A DNA stretch of 62,937 nt, filler included, from Collodictyon triciliatum (Eukaryota), in the NCBI GenBank assembly GCA_043381765.1. It is 8 parts of 8 records of this genome, joined end to end, with 100 filler letters (N's around TTAATTAATTAA, not from the genome) between each part and the next. Parts side by side here need not be neighbours in the genome. Positions count along the whole stretch, not along the records: positions 18,457 to 27,582 come from JBHJMP010003146.1; positions 27,683 to 36,809 come from JBHJMP010003147.1; positions 36,910 to 46,035 come from JBHJMP010003148.1; 5 more parts are not named here. One strand, 5' to 3'. A program made the position numbers and the translations under genes. Under the pieces are notes generated by a model that was given only the letters and a program-made list of their open reading frames with translations, searched no databases and was not told the origin of the DNA. Shown here in pieces: positions 27,421 to 39,675 of this stretch; the stretch's first letter is position 1; each line of letters starts with the position of its first letter.

Positions 27421-28335
27421 AAGATAGACAAGTAATTCTGATATTTAGAATAATACAAAAAAAGAAAGGATGTCATAATACACTCCAAAAAATGGCAAAA
27501 ACGGCAAAAAAAAAAAAAAAGAAAAAGAAAGGGGTAAAAAAAGCAGGTAAATTAAAAGAATTAAGAAAAAAAAATATTTTTANNNNNNNNNNNNNNNNNN
27601 NNNNNNNNNNNNNNNNNNNNNNNNNNTTAATTAATTAANNNNNNNNNNNNNNNNNNNNNNNNNNNNNNNNNNNNNNNNNNNNTGTTTTTCTGTTTTTCTG
27701 TTTTTCTGTTTTTTTTTTGTTTCGTTATTTTTAGGCCGCCGATTTACAAAACCAAACTCAATCCAAAAGAGTACTCGCGTTCAAAAACTTGACATTTGGT
27801 ACAAAACTGGAATTTAATGGCAATCAGTTTCGACACACCAGACAGTCACTTGTGTGGTGGCGCTTGGCTCCCTGCAGATTTGTTTCTGACACGAAGCCTA
27901 TTGTCCATCTATGCGCGAAGCAGAAAGCGGCATCACCTCCAGCAAGCCAAGGCTTTATCAACAAAGTGATTATTACGTGCATAAATTGTTGCAATTGCAT
28001 GATTGAAGATTCCAGAATAAAATGTATTCAAAAAAAGAGAAAATTGTATACCAGAGGTAATCTATGGGTTTTCAACAAGGTGACCGATTCAAATATATTA
28101 CACATTTAATTACATCGGTGGTCTTTTGCTGTGGTGTCATTTATTCTTATCAAACTGGCAGGAGCTCCAGGCCTTGTGGCTATATCTCGAAGGGTATTTT
28201 TGGGGGATTGAAAAGGGCTATGTGTGCCGATGTGAAGGAGCGATGAAAGATATAAAAAAAAAAAACGTGCAAATGACAACCAAGAGATATAGAAAATGGC
28301 CTCTCCGATAGAAATTAGAAAGCGCATAACAAATA

Positions 28336-30617
28336 TCACATTGGATATGGTATGTCTCTCTGTAGAACTTCCTTCAGGCGGCGATTAAAAGGCTTGAAGA
28401 ACTCTCGAAGAAACATCATGGTCTCGTCATCTCTTGTTTCTTTCGCTGTCCCGATATTAGCAAATGGTAACTGAAAAAAATCCTTCGGCAAATGTTTTGA
28501 CTGGAGGCCAAAAAAATTAAGTATTTCGCGAAGGATGCAGCTTTGTTTCTCGGGGTGAGATAATTCTTCATAAAGAGCAACCATGAATTGATTCTTGTCA
28601 AAAAGCTTTGACCATTCTTCTATGATAGACGCATACATCCCACGCTCCAAAAAGGCGGGATGTCTATGTTTATCCAATGCGTTCATTTTAAGTACTCCAC
28701 TCTCTTCGTCAAATACCCTAAATTTTTTCCCATAATCGTAGTTTTTCTTGATCTCTTGGGGGAAAGATTCGAGCAAGGGATTCTTTACAGTTACATTCTT
28801 TCTCAGAACCATGCGGTAATGCGAATCTGCACGTTCCGCTGGGTCTCGAATAAGCAGCAGGATTCTCGCATCTGGCCAGTCTTCTTTCATGGCTTTTGCA
28901 ACTGTGATCCATATCGCATACTCTGGAGTTGCTTCTCCTGTGATACAGTGCTGAAATTGTGGTATATTTGTCATGGGGAAATGTAATGAAGGTTTTTTTT
29001 TTTGTTATGACAATGATTTTTTTTATTCGAATGAATAATTGCTTCATATTGCATGTAAAATATTTGCGAATATCTTCGGTGTCTACTTTGGCCTAATTAT
29101 TTACCTTGCATGATGGGAATAATTCAAGATATTTTCTTTTTCGTATCTCCCTAAATACGACAAGATATGCATTCACATTATATCTTTTAATATGTTTCGG
29201 ATGTTGTTGGTATTAATAATCATAACAGTAAATTATTATTAATAAATTGCCACTCAGATATGTTTTTTAAAGCAATACGCATTGTTGTCTTTGTAAGAGG
29301 AGTAGAACTTCATTTCTTTTCTTTCCCCCATTCGAAACTCAGGGTGTCTCTTCAAAAATGCAAATGTTGATGTTGTTGATGCTTTTTGTGCTCCAATAAT
29401 AAAAATAGATGGACCACAACGCCTGGTTGGTTTCATTTAAATGAGTTTATGTTTCAATAGTGAATATAGATATGTAAATAAATAGAAGAAAGTAGGATAT
29501 TAGGAACGATGTTTCTCAACAGGCACAGACAACTTTGCTGTATAGAAGATTAAAGAATTAAGAGTAATCATTGGTAACCATTGAAATCAAAAGATAACAT
29601 AAGTACCCTAGTGTTGAATTATAGTTTGGGCAAAGAGGGCGCAGCTTTCCTTTTGAGTCTATCTTATGAGGGAGAACTCCGTGGCAACTCTTGGGCAAGC
29701 TCGTCGCACAACCATCCACCTAGTGTGGTTATTAATTGGTATCATTCGTCGAAGCCCCATTCAATTTTCTAATTAGTCCAGTCCGTGGATTGAAATAATA
29801 TAGTATAGTTTAAACTAACCGTTTTGGTTCCAAACTTGTGCTCAAAGTTTATCTGGCATACCACATGCTGCTCTGTATATCGGTTGACAGCATCCTTGGC
29901 TAGTGATTGTCAGTATAAAATATTACTATTGATAATATCGATCATTGGTACATTTTATTTTAAAAAATTACATAATGATATTTACTGGCTTTGGAAAAAA
30001 ATTAACATAGTGTAACTCTTGATATTCTCTATATGCGTAACTACAGACATTTATTTTGCTTAACATGTGGTACATGAAATCCATGTAACTATGGTATTAA
30101 AAATAATCAGATATTGTCAAAATCATGATTCTAGTTTCAATATACCCTTACTGTTTATGCGCCAAAAATTATGCAAAAAAAAAAAATAAATGACGCAAGA
30201 AAATCTCATAAGCAAACATAGCCGTATTTTGGCCTCTTGAAGATTTTGTCACTGCTCAGGAAAGCTGTGTGTCTTTGATGTATATAATCCTAAGCGAAAA
30301 GATAAACATTTCGTCATTCTCTGTTTTGCATTATCAATGAAGCTGTTCATTGAATTATATATCATGTTATCGACATGACTTTGATGGATATATGTTTAAT
30401 ATGGCTGAATATTCATCGATATGATGTAGAATGATATCAATTTATACTTAGTATTAAGTATATTTTGATATCATAGAAAATAAAAAAAAAATTGAAATAT
30501 ATGATACTGTGATCGAATTGTTCAATATGAAAATACATTTTTCGAAACGCTCCATAACATCAATGTAGAGACCACTGTCAAAACTGCCAAACAACTGATA
30601 ACCCAACTAATTGCCAT
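28336..30617 (-). CDS. Golgi-type sulfotransferase (heparan sulfate 3-O-sulfotransferase-like), copy A
   Basis: Signal anchor MAISWVISCLAVLTVVSTLML; 5'-PSB loop PSIFIIGAQKASTT; GEATPEY; 3'-PB motif RDPAERADSHY; C-terminal LREFFKPFNRRL. Confidence 0.85.
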
Positions 30618-31699
30618 CTTCTAATCAGAGTTATCCTGCGCGCTAATATTTGAGATTAGATGTCATAGAACTAGTGTAAAAGCGATCCCTTGGATCGAAT
30701 GAAGTGAGGGAAAGGATAAAACGATGGATTGTCTAAAAGTCACCCATCAACAGATAGACAGGTATTTAATTAGGAGACTGATTAGAAGTTGGCGTTCTGA
30801 TTATCCATCATGAAGGTACTTTCCAGAAGAAACAAAGGAGATAAAGGAAACAGTCGCCAAGCCAACACCAACTTCATATGTTTTAAACTCTGAATAAAAT
30901 TATAATATATAATGTGTAAATAAAGGCTTTGTACAGGCACATTAAAGTCAAAAGAAAATGCTGAAAAAGAATGGGTAAGAAACCAAAAGGGATTCAAGTG
31001 TGTGGCGTGGTTGTTCTTCTTTCGCCGCTTTCCACTGTGAAACTAAAAGGACACACCTCTCGGAAATCATCAGCGCGAGATTCATTCATACTTGATTCAG
31101 AAACATACCAACCCCGCTTCAGGTTGGGGTCGAGTGTCGACAGCGAACAAACACATACACAACACAGACATACCAGCGCGAGAGAAAACATATGGGCAGG
31201 GCGACAAACGCGCGCGCTGCCTTCTGCAAACCTCGGCAGGTATTTAGGGGCTGTGACAGATGACGAAAGGATTCAGGAAGCAATTGGAGCTGTCTATTTA
31301 AAGCGGGCGAAATCAGATATGTCCATCGTGCAACAAAAAAAACAAAAAAAAATCTGTTGTCCAGGCGTCATCGAACAAACTTGGTAGTTGATTATTCCTG
31401 CTTTGGAGATTAAAAAATATCATCGAGGTTGGTGCCATTGTCATTAGGTACGCTATTGGTCACTATTAAACATCAGTGTTTAATATTATTTATCTCAGAG
31501 GCGAAGCAACTACGCGCATTTTTAAGATAGTATATAAATTCCGCATTTGTATTTAAATTACTGCGCGGTGCAACCTCTGTCTGGGTTTGTGCAGGATACG
31601 AATGATTAACTTTATTTCCCTTCAAGGCCACAGGGTGAATTATGGAAGAAAAAAGAGAAAAAAAGAGAGAAAATAAGAGAAAGTGTCTGGGTGACTTGC

Positions 31700-32317
31700 C
31701 TACATTTCATATGGAATATCTCGTTTTAAAACTTCCTTGAGACGTCGATTGAATGGTTTGTAAAACTCTCGTAGATAATTCATTGTCTCTGTATCCTCCG
31801 ATTTCTTCTTCATACCAACATTCGCCGATGGGAAACGGAACATGCCTCTTGAAAGATGGTTGTGTCGGAGCCCAAAGAATTTGAGAATCTCGCGTAAGAT
31901 GCAACCTTGCTTTTCCGTGTCAATCAATTCTTCATATAGAACAACCATGAATTGGTTTCCGTGAAATAACTTTGTCCACTCCTCAATCATACTTGCGTAC
32001 ATTCCTCGCTCGAGTAGTGAGAAGTGTGTGTGCTTGTCTAGTCTGGCCATATTTAACACTCCTTTCTTCTCATCGAAAATATTGTACATCCTTGCTACTT
32101 TCAGATTGCTTTGGATATGATTTGCAAACGAGCTAAGTTTCGGATTTTCATCCGTCTTGTTTTTCTTCAGAACCATACGGTAGTGCGATTCTGCTCGGTC
32201 TACTGGATTGCGAATCAAAAAGAGGATTCTAGCATTCGGCCAGTCCTTTTTAATTGCTTTTGCGACATGATGTTTCATCGAATATTCCGGCGTGGCTTCC
32301 CCTGTAACGCAGTGCTG

Positions 32318-32351
<34 letters not shown>

Positions 32352-34009
32352 TTCATGAAAAAGGTTATATGGTTGTCTTAATTCTTTTCCCTGGGTAAAT
32401 AGAATATATCAATAAAATCTATATATGATGCGCCTGGTTTATAGACCTTGCATGACGGAAACAGGCTAAGATACTGAACTCTACGTAATTCTCTAGCATA
32501 AATAACAAAACAAAAAAAAATTATCCTAGATCTTTAGCATCCGAATACAAATTCAAATTTGGTTGATATTTCGGAATGAGAGTGGAGCCAACGCAATAAA
32601 ACCTACGCGTCATCTACTCGATTGCAAGAATAAAACTTTGTTTCCTTTCTGATGCCGTCCTGGAAATCAGGGTGCTTTTTTATAAATTGAAACGTTGATG
32701 TTGTGCCTGCCTTTTGCGCACCTATAATGAACAGCGAAGGTCCACACTTCCTGGAATTACATAAATATATTTAATTTTCTGCAGCAGGCCTTGGCATTAT
32801 TAAAAGAGGATAGATTACAGCTGTAAATTACTTCTTAAAAGACTGCGATAGATTTTTCTCTGAATAGTATTGCATGTATTAATATCTACAATGCATACTC
32901 AGATTTTGAATCATAATTAGGACAGATGACATGTCTTTTCCCTTTAGAATCAGTCTCATAATTGAGCTTGCCATGACAGCGATGTGGTATTTTCATATCG
33001 CATAATCCAGAGTCCTTTATTAGATATTTTGCACTTTTTTAATAAAAAAAAAAATAAATTCAACAGGCCCTGACTATATGGCCTGTGCGGGATTTGAATA
33101 TCCAATCAAACCAAGTACAACCAAACTGATTTCATGAAAGAGAGGATGTAGAACTGATGAAACATGATATTGCCATGAGAAGTATTTCAAATATGATAAA
33201 GAGGAGGTAACTGTATCATTTCGAAGAGAAACCAATTGACAAGGTGCATGATACCCTGAGTTATGGCTCAGTCCATGGTTGGTCCCTATAGATATAATCT
33301 ATTATTTTCTCGAATAGTGGTTTCCCTTTACAAAAAAATGTAAGGCTGATATGTATGTCATATGATGTTTTTTTTTTCCATTTTGCATCCTTCTTTCGTG
33401 GACTGCAGCTCGAAAGAAAAGAATATTGAAGGGGAGGAGCTGTGATGACTAGATAAAGTACCATTTAATTTTTTTCCTTGGTGAACGTATTTCCCTCTGG
33501 TTCCTGCCTGTAGGATGGTGACAAGGTATGGTAAAGACATCCATATAAACAATATGCATAAATTTATTATTGCAGTGATTATGCTCTTGATATATGTTTC
33601 ATCATATCGCCAGGAATATAGTATGCATCGTGCAATTATGATGAGACAACCTAATCAGTTATGTGAATATTACATCATCGTGAAGATTCGAGTATGAAGT
33701 GTTTGCATCTGGGGTCAAGTCTATCATACCCTACATTACTATAATTAATGGTGTTGCACGAGTTTAAGTTGAAAATAATTCAGTTCCTGATTTAAAAAGA
33801 AAAGACAAACAGAATACTTCAGTTAGGATATGAAAGTGATAGATGTTACATGTAACCAGTCAGAAAATCACTTTCACACCAATACTTTGAGTATTGTCAA
33901 GGCATAGAAGAGGCATATCAAACTGCATAATGTTGATTGAAAATAGAACCACGACTGCGGAGACAAAGGCAAGGGAGGCGAAAGTAATCATAAGTATGGC
34001 CCTCGTCAT
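31700..34009 (-). CDS. Golgi-type sulfotransferase (heparan sulfate 3-O-sulfotransferase-like), copy B, tandem paralog
   Basis: Signal anchor MTRAILMITFASLAFVSAVVVLF; PSLFIIGAQKAGTT; GEATPEY; RNPVDRAESHY; LREFYKPFNRRL. The last exon is highly similar to copy A. Confidence 0.85.
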
Positions 34010-34390
34010 CGTTACTAATTAGGGTCCTAATTAATGTCTAACTGCGACGTAAATAAATTGAGATAAATCATCGCATTGTTTCCTTGTAGATATATTGTTG
34101 ATGCAATATGGTTCCAAAAGGAAAGAATAGAAAAGCGGTCAACTTGTCTCTCAGATACCTCTGTCAGAATATATGAAACATTTTTGTCACCTTTCCAAAA
34201 AAAGAGATAAAAAAGTGTCCCCGTGGCTCATATGGAGCATATTAAGGAGGTATACAACGGAGCAAAAGTTTGAAAATAATCTGTGCTACGGCTTCATCTT
34301 TTAATTCATTTTACTGTTTCCTCTTCGATCTCGGCTGGTTTAATTCAACCATCGATCTCTTCGATCTCGGCTGGTTTAATTCAACCATCG

Positions 34391-36178
34391 ATGGACTTCA
34401 GTGAGACCAGGCGCGAGGCTGGCGCCAGCCAGCCTCGTGCAGGGTCGAGCTTGCATCGGGAAACGGAACCTCCCGATCGATCATTCGTGGCTGACGTACC
34501 GCGATCAAAAAGTGCGATCGAGAACGAACTCTTCAAAGACGAAGACTGCTTTGTCCGCCTTCGGGGCAAGCAATGGCCGGTTCTCTCTTTCGCAAACCGT
34601 AGTAACATGTGCAAGCAACTGCGGGAGGTTATGGAAGCCCGAAAGTGCTACGAGAAGGACGTGACTCTAATGGTGGACAGCCCTGCCCTCGGACTCCGGA
34701 TCGCCTTCCCAAGAAAAGAAAACGCAGCTGCCTTCATTAAGGAGGGGTCGTTTAAGCTCCTCAATCACCAATACACTCCCATGCCAGCAAAAACTGTCAC
34801 AAAGGTTGCGCACCTGTCTAACATACCGCTGGGGGTCAGCTGGACTGATATTTTTAAAGCCTGCAGCGAGTACTTCACCCCAATCAAAGTCAACTGGACA
34901 AAGCCTGGAGGAATATGCATGAATGATGCACTCGTTACTTATGACAAAGAACAGGAAGAATTGGGGAAAATACCTACCTTTGTCGTCATTCATGGCAAAC
35001 GCTGTCGCGTGGAGATACGCGCACTCAAAGAGTCTGACATCCCATCAACTCTCCCCAACAAAGAAGGGTATGACACACAAGGTCAAACCACAAACCACAA
35101 AAAAAAAACAGCTACTGCCAAGCCGATGCCCACCAATCAGGCGGCCACCAATAAACAAAACACCGCCACTCGCTTCTCAGGCTTCCACACAAAAGTAGCC
35201 GACTTCAGCGCTAAAGACTGGCCAACCGTGCAGGAATCGGCTGTGCAAAACAAGCCCAGAGCCCACAAACAAGGCCAAAGGCAACACGCGTCGTCCTCTA
35301 ATGCCAGAGGGAGAAATCGCGACAAGACATCCGTGGATGATGTGCTCGAAGTCTCAATCAAGACAAAGGTTCAAGAGCGGCCCCAAAATCAAGAAACGGA
35401 TATCGAAATGATGGACGAAACACCAGGCGATTTTCCCGAAAGTGCTTCATCAAGTTCACCATTGAACACAGAGGAAGCAGTATCAATCGTGGAATGGCTT
35501 CAAAGTGGAGGAAACATCGCATGCCTCCAACATTTCCAACCTCCTCAAGCCGATGATATCTCACCAAGCTCTCCTTTAAACCATGGAGAGGGCGCCGAGG
35601 AAAGGGAAGCCCAAGCCAACTCGGTAACAGAATCGGGAAACAGCATAATGGCACCCAGCAAACCACACCCGCCTGCCTCCTTAGAGGTCATGGCTCCTGG
35701 AACCACCCAAGAGACTCTTTCTTCAGCAAGTACTGCGCAATCCATAAGAAGCGACGTCCCAGACTCGGGATTGGAAGAACAACAGTCCATCCAACCTGTC
35801 GTCATCATAGAAGGTTCTGCTGAAGAAGAAAGTGAGCACCTTGAAGCTTCGGGAACGACAAATTACTCCTCAAGTACTGTTTATGGGAGCAGACCTACTG
35901 TCGAAACTCTTGCGACTCCTCAGCGGGAAACACTCTCCAATGGGAAAAAAAGAAACGTAGACGAATATAAAACACCGATTTTTCATCCTGCAATCACTGA
36001 CGCACCAAAAAAAATCGAAACCGTCAAAGATAAAGCCTCGCCCGATGAAAAGAGAATGAATCAGTTAAGTACACCATCGAATATAGCGAGCCAGAAAGCA
36101 TATCAAAATGAAAGTGGAAACATGGGTAGCCCTACCTACCGCGTGGATAGAGGGGAAAATCGGAATCATGATTGCTGA
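34391..36178 (+). CDS. LINE ORF1 protein (RRM-like region plus long disordered tail)
   Basis: Intronless ORF with VAHLSNIPLGVSWTDI...IPTFVVIHGKRCRV, typical of L1/Tx1 ORF1, directly upstream of the endonuclease. Confidence 0.75.
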   Translation: MDFSETRREAGASQPRAGSSLHRETEPPDRSFVADVPRSKSAIENELFKDEDCFVRLRGKQWPVLSFANRSNMCKQLREVMEARKCYEKDVTLMVDSPALGLRIAFPRKENAAAFIKEGSFKLLNHQYTPMPAKTVTKVAHLSNIPLGVSWTDIFKACSEYFTPIKVNWTKPGGICMNDALVTYDKEQEELGKIPTFVVIHGKRCRVEIRALKESDIPSTLPNKEGYDTQGQTTNHKKKTATAKPMPTNQAATNKQNTATRFSGFHTKVADFSAKDWPTVQESAVQNKPRAHKQGQRQHASSSNARGRNRDKTSVDDVLEVSIKTKVQERPQNQETDIEMMDETPGDFPESASSSSPLNTEEAVSIVEWLQSGGNIACLQHFQPPQADDISPSSPLNHGEGAEEREAQANSVTESGNSIMAPSKPHPPASLEVMAPGTTQETLSSASTAQSIRSDVPDSGLEEQQSIQPVVIIEGSAEEESEHLEASGTTNYSSSTVYGSRPTVETLATPQRETLSNGKKRNVDEYKTPIFHPAITDAPKKIETVKDKASPDEKRMNQLSTPSNIASQKAYQNESGNMGSPTYRVDRGENRNHDC

Positions 36179-36392
36179 TGGCCAACAGAGTGCATTTCCC
36201 AACACACCAGCTACAAAGGGGTGCGGCCCGAAGCCCAAGACCATACGGCAAATCCTGGCCGAATCGCGAGCAACCATAACACCGACCAAATGAAGGACAG
36301 CTCGAGTAAACCATCCCACCCTGAGCAACCCAGCTCCAGCGGAGAGGGCCAATCACTGGAGGTTACGGCCTCCAAAAGCCAATAGACTATTC

Positions 36393-36809
36393 ATGCGTTT
36401 CAACGTTCTGTCGTGGAACGTTAGGGGATTAACGACTCCAAAAAAGAAAAGAGGCCCTAAACACTGCTCTTTTCTCTCACGCAGATATCATCTACCTCCA
36501 AGAAACATGGCTCAGGCCTGACAATCTAACCAACAATGAAATATAGAAACGTTCACAAATGCGGTCCTGTGACGATAATCAACAGAGACACGCAGGTGTA
36601 GCGATTTTATGCAAGAAATGGATAGCCAAACTCAATCCTCGCTTCAGAGAGATTATTCCTGGCTGCTGCATAAGTCTCTATATCAGAATCGATGAAGCCG
36701 ACACTCGTAAAATGACGACATACATGTCGCTCCAAACAGCAGGCTCAAATACTAGAATACACGAGTATGAGCTTATCTCTAAGGAGATGGAGTCTGCGAA
36801 ACGTATCAT
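36393..36809 (+). pseudogene. LINE ORF2 APE endonuclease N-terminus with a frameshift and an in-frame stop
   Basis: ATG at 36393 gives MRFNVLSWNVRGL; ADIIYLQETW at 36481 is in the +1 frame; TAG at 36544-36546; the GVAIL motif follows in that frame. Confidence 0.85.
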
Positions 36810-37007
36810 NNNNNNNNNNNNNNNNNNNNNNNNNNNNNNNNNNNNNNNNNNNNTTAATTAATTAANNNNNNNNNNNNNNNNNNNNNNNNNNNNNNNNNNN
36901 NNNNNNNNNTTTTGTTTTTGTTTTTGTTTTTGTTTTTGTTTTTGTTTTTGTTTTTGTTTTTGTTTTTGTTTTTGTTTTTGTTTTTGTTTTTGTTTTTGTT
37001 TTTGTTT

Positions 37008-37060
37008 AAGTCTTGTTGTGATTTAGAATAAAGGAAAAAAAAAAGTCTTGTTGTGATTTA
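37008..37060 (+). mobile_element. 17-nt LINE 3'-tail insertion with an 18-bp target-site duplication
   Basis: AAGTCTTGTTGTGATTTA (37008-37025) - GAATAAAGG-polyA - AAGTCTTGTTGTGATTTA (37043-37060). Confidence 0.75.
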
Positions 37061-37953
37061 ATATCTCTTTCATGGTGTAATGTTTTGCTGTGCCATCGTA
37101 TTTGTAATCGATGTCCTTACGATGCAGAGACGTCCCGGAGACCCCAACACACCCACTATTCGATGTCTTTTCCGAATCCCATCAGCACATCAACCGCGTA
37201 TTTTCGAGAAGGCTTGTGGTGATGGTCAAAAAGTCCAGCTGATTTCATGAGGGAAATCGAATTACCTGGCAATCAAGGAAGAAACCTAATAAACCACCGA
37301 ACAACACCATCTCTTTCCTTTTACTCCCCACCCTCACCCAAACACGATACTCAAAACTTCCTGAGGCAGATATGGTATATTTTCCGCATTTGATTATTTT
37401 CAATGAAATATTCGTTCTTTTTTTTCTCGGTTGATTCGCCACCCGAGTGATGATCACGAGTGATTCTGTGATCTCAATAACTAAGGCCGGCGCCGCAGCA
37501 AAGTCGGAAGGCAAGTTGAAAGAATACGTGGTGGACGTCTAAATACTTGCGCCAAGCAACTGAGACTACAAAAGCGTAATCTATCTTTGGCGGAATCCTG
37601 CCTGGAGGAGGTGAAATGAGTAGCTCTGCTTTCCTCGGGGATTCCTCAACACCTAAAATCTTGTGGACAGAAGCCACCTGCACTCCTGAAGCTTCTTTTA
37701 TACTTGATTGATCTTTGTTTCATTTTTATTTTCAGCCTCTCTTTCTTTTCTCTTTCTTTTTCTTTTTCTTTTTCTTTTTCTATTTCTTTTCCTTTATTTT
37801 ATTTTATGTTGTTTTTTGTTGGTTTTTTTTTGTTTTCTCTATCTTTTCTTTGATCTTTGTTTTCTTTTTTTCTTTTTCTTTTTCTTTTTCTTTTTCTATG
37901 TTTTTTTTTTGTTTGTTTCTCACCCCTTTTTTATGCAGCAAAACAGGCTCTGT

Positions 37954-39591
37954 ATGGCTGACCGGCACGAGTACTTTCAGAGACAACTTCTCTTGACCGA
38001 GGAGCAACTTCTATACACACCCTCCCAGAAGGATGGCATCAGTTCCGAACAAGAAACAAGCCTTCGTGAGTTTGGCGCAGAGTTGATTCAGCAGGAAGGC
38101 ATTTTGTTACAGTTGTACGCTTTTCTTCTTTAATCACGAACTCCCTGCTTCCTTTTCTCTCTACCTCGTCTGTGTTTTTATTTGGCACTTTCCCTCCCTC
38201 TCCACACCGGAATTATTCCACTCTACTGATTTCCACTCTAATTCAATCTTTCACTTATCTCTGTGACATATTTGCAAAAGGCCGCAAATCGTCATTGCGA
38301 CAGGGCAGGTTATCTTCCACCGCCTCTACTTCCGCAAGTCCTTCAAAAAACTGGACGTTCGGGTAAGTCGTTTTGTTTCTAGCCCACATCCTAGAGCCTT
38401 TATTTCAGTAGATTAAACATAATCTCACAATACCCCTGCTATCTTTATATCTGTACATACTGTCGCTATAGAGCGCAGCCACCGCGTGTCTCTTTCTCGC
38501 TGCAAAGGTTGAGGAGAACCAACGCTATCTTCGTGATTTTATTAACGTGTACAAACTCCTCGAAAAACGCCGAAACAAACTCCCAATCAAGCCGGTCAAT
38601 TATGACTCTGAAGAATACTCGAACCTCAAGTACAAACTCATCCACACGGAGCGCCTCATCCTCAAAGAGCTCGGGTTCATCCTGTACTCTGAACTTCCAC
38701 ACAAATTCCTATTAATTTTTCTCGACCGCTTTCTGAATGTCCCACAGATTGCCCAAAAAGCCTGGAACTACATGATTGACAGGTATATGTGAATATAATT
38801 ATTTCTTCTTCTTCTTCTTCTTTTTCCCCTCTATTCAATTTTTATCTCCCACAAGACTATAGGTACATTACATAGCTTAACCCTCAACTTCAAACAGCTC
38901 TTGACTATCTTTCATATCTAGCTACCGCTCTACCGTCATCCTCACCCATAAACCAGAAACAATCGCATGTGCTGCAATCTACCTGGCCGCAAGGAGCCTC
39001 GGAATCCCGCTGCCCGAAGACATTCCCTGGTGGTCAGTTTTTAGTGTCCACGATGAGGATATCCTTTCCAGAATGGTGCTTGTTCTCCTTTGTCATTTTT
39101 CTCTTCTTTTCTGTATTTTTTTCCCACTTTGGCTACCCTTCCAATTTGTGTGAGTTGGGTAGCTCTTTGTGTTTGATTCGTATGCACGGCTCTATGCGCC
39201 CATTCGCCCAGAACACAACATCCCCTTGACCCGCATCTTACATATCCTCGACGTGTGTTCCCGCATCACTGGCCTCTACAAGAAAACCTCACCCACTAGC
39301 TACATCAACGTCTCCGACGAATCCTCATACACCCTCAAGTGGGACCATCCCATCACTCTGGAGGTAACCCGGGGCTTCAACCACGACCCCACAAAAACCC
39401 TATTCTTACCGCACCCATTCATACCAGAACACCGCACCCATCTTGCCCGAAGCCACCGCCGAATCCCAGGACTCAACTCTGGACACAGTCAGCCTCTCTG
39501 GCGACAGCAAAGAACCGCAGCCCACAACCCGTAGATTTGATGCATCCAACTCAAAGACGCCCCCAGGTGTGTTTGTTTTGTTGTGTGTTCT

Positions 39592-39675
<84 letters not shown>

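Larger units (their letters stand above)
34321..36809 (+). mobile_element. L1/Tx1-like non-LTR retrotransposon, 5' part (ORF1 + start of disrupted ORF2), cut by the contig end
   Basis: Intronless GC-richer long ORF followed by AP-endonuclease motifs VLSWNVRGL, ADIIYLQETW, HAGVAIL. Confidence 0.88.
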
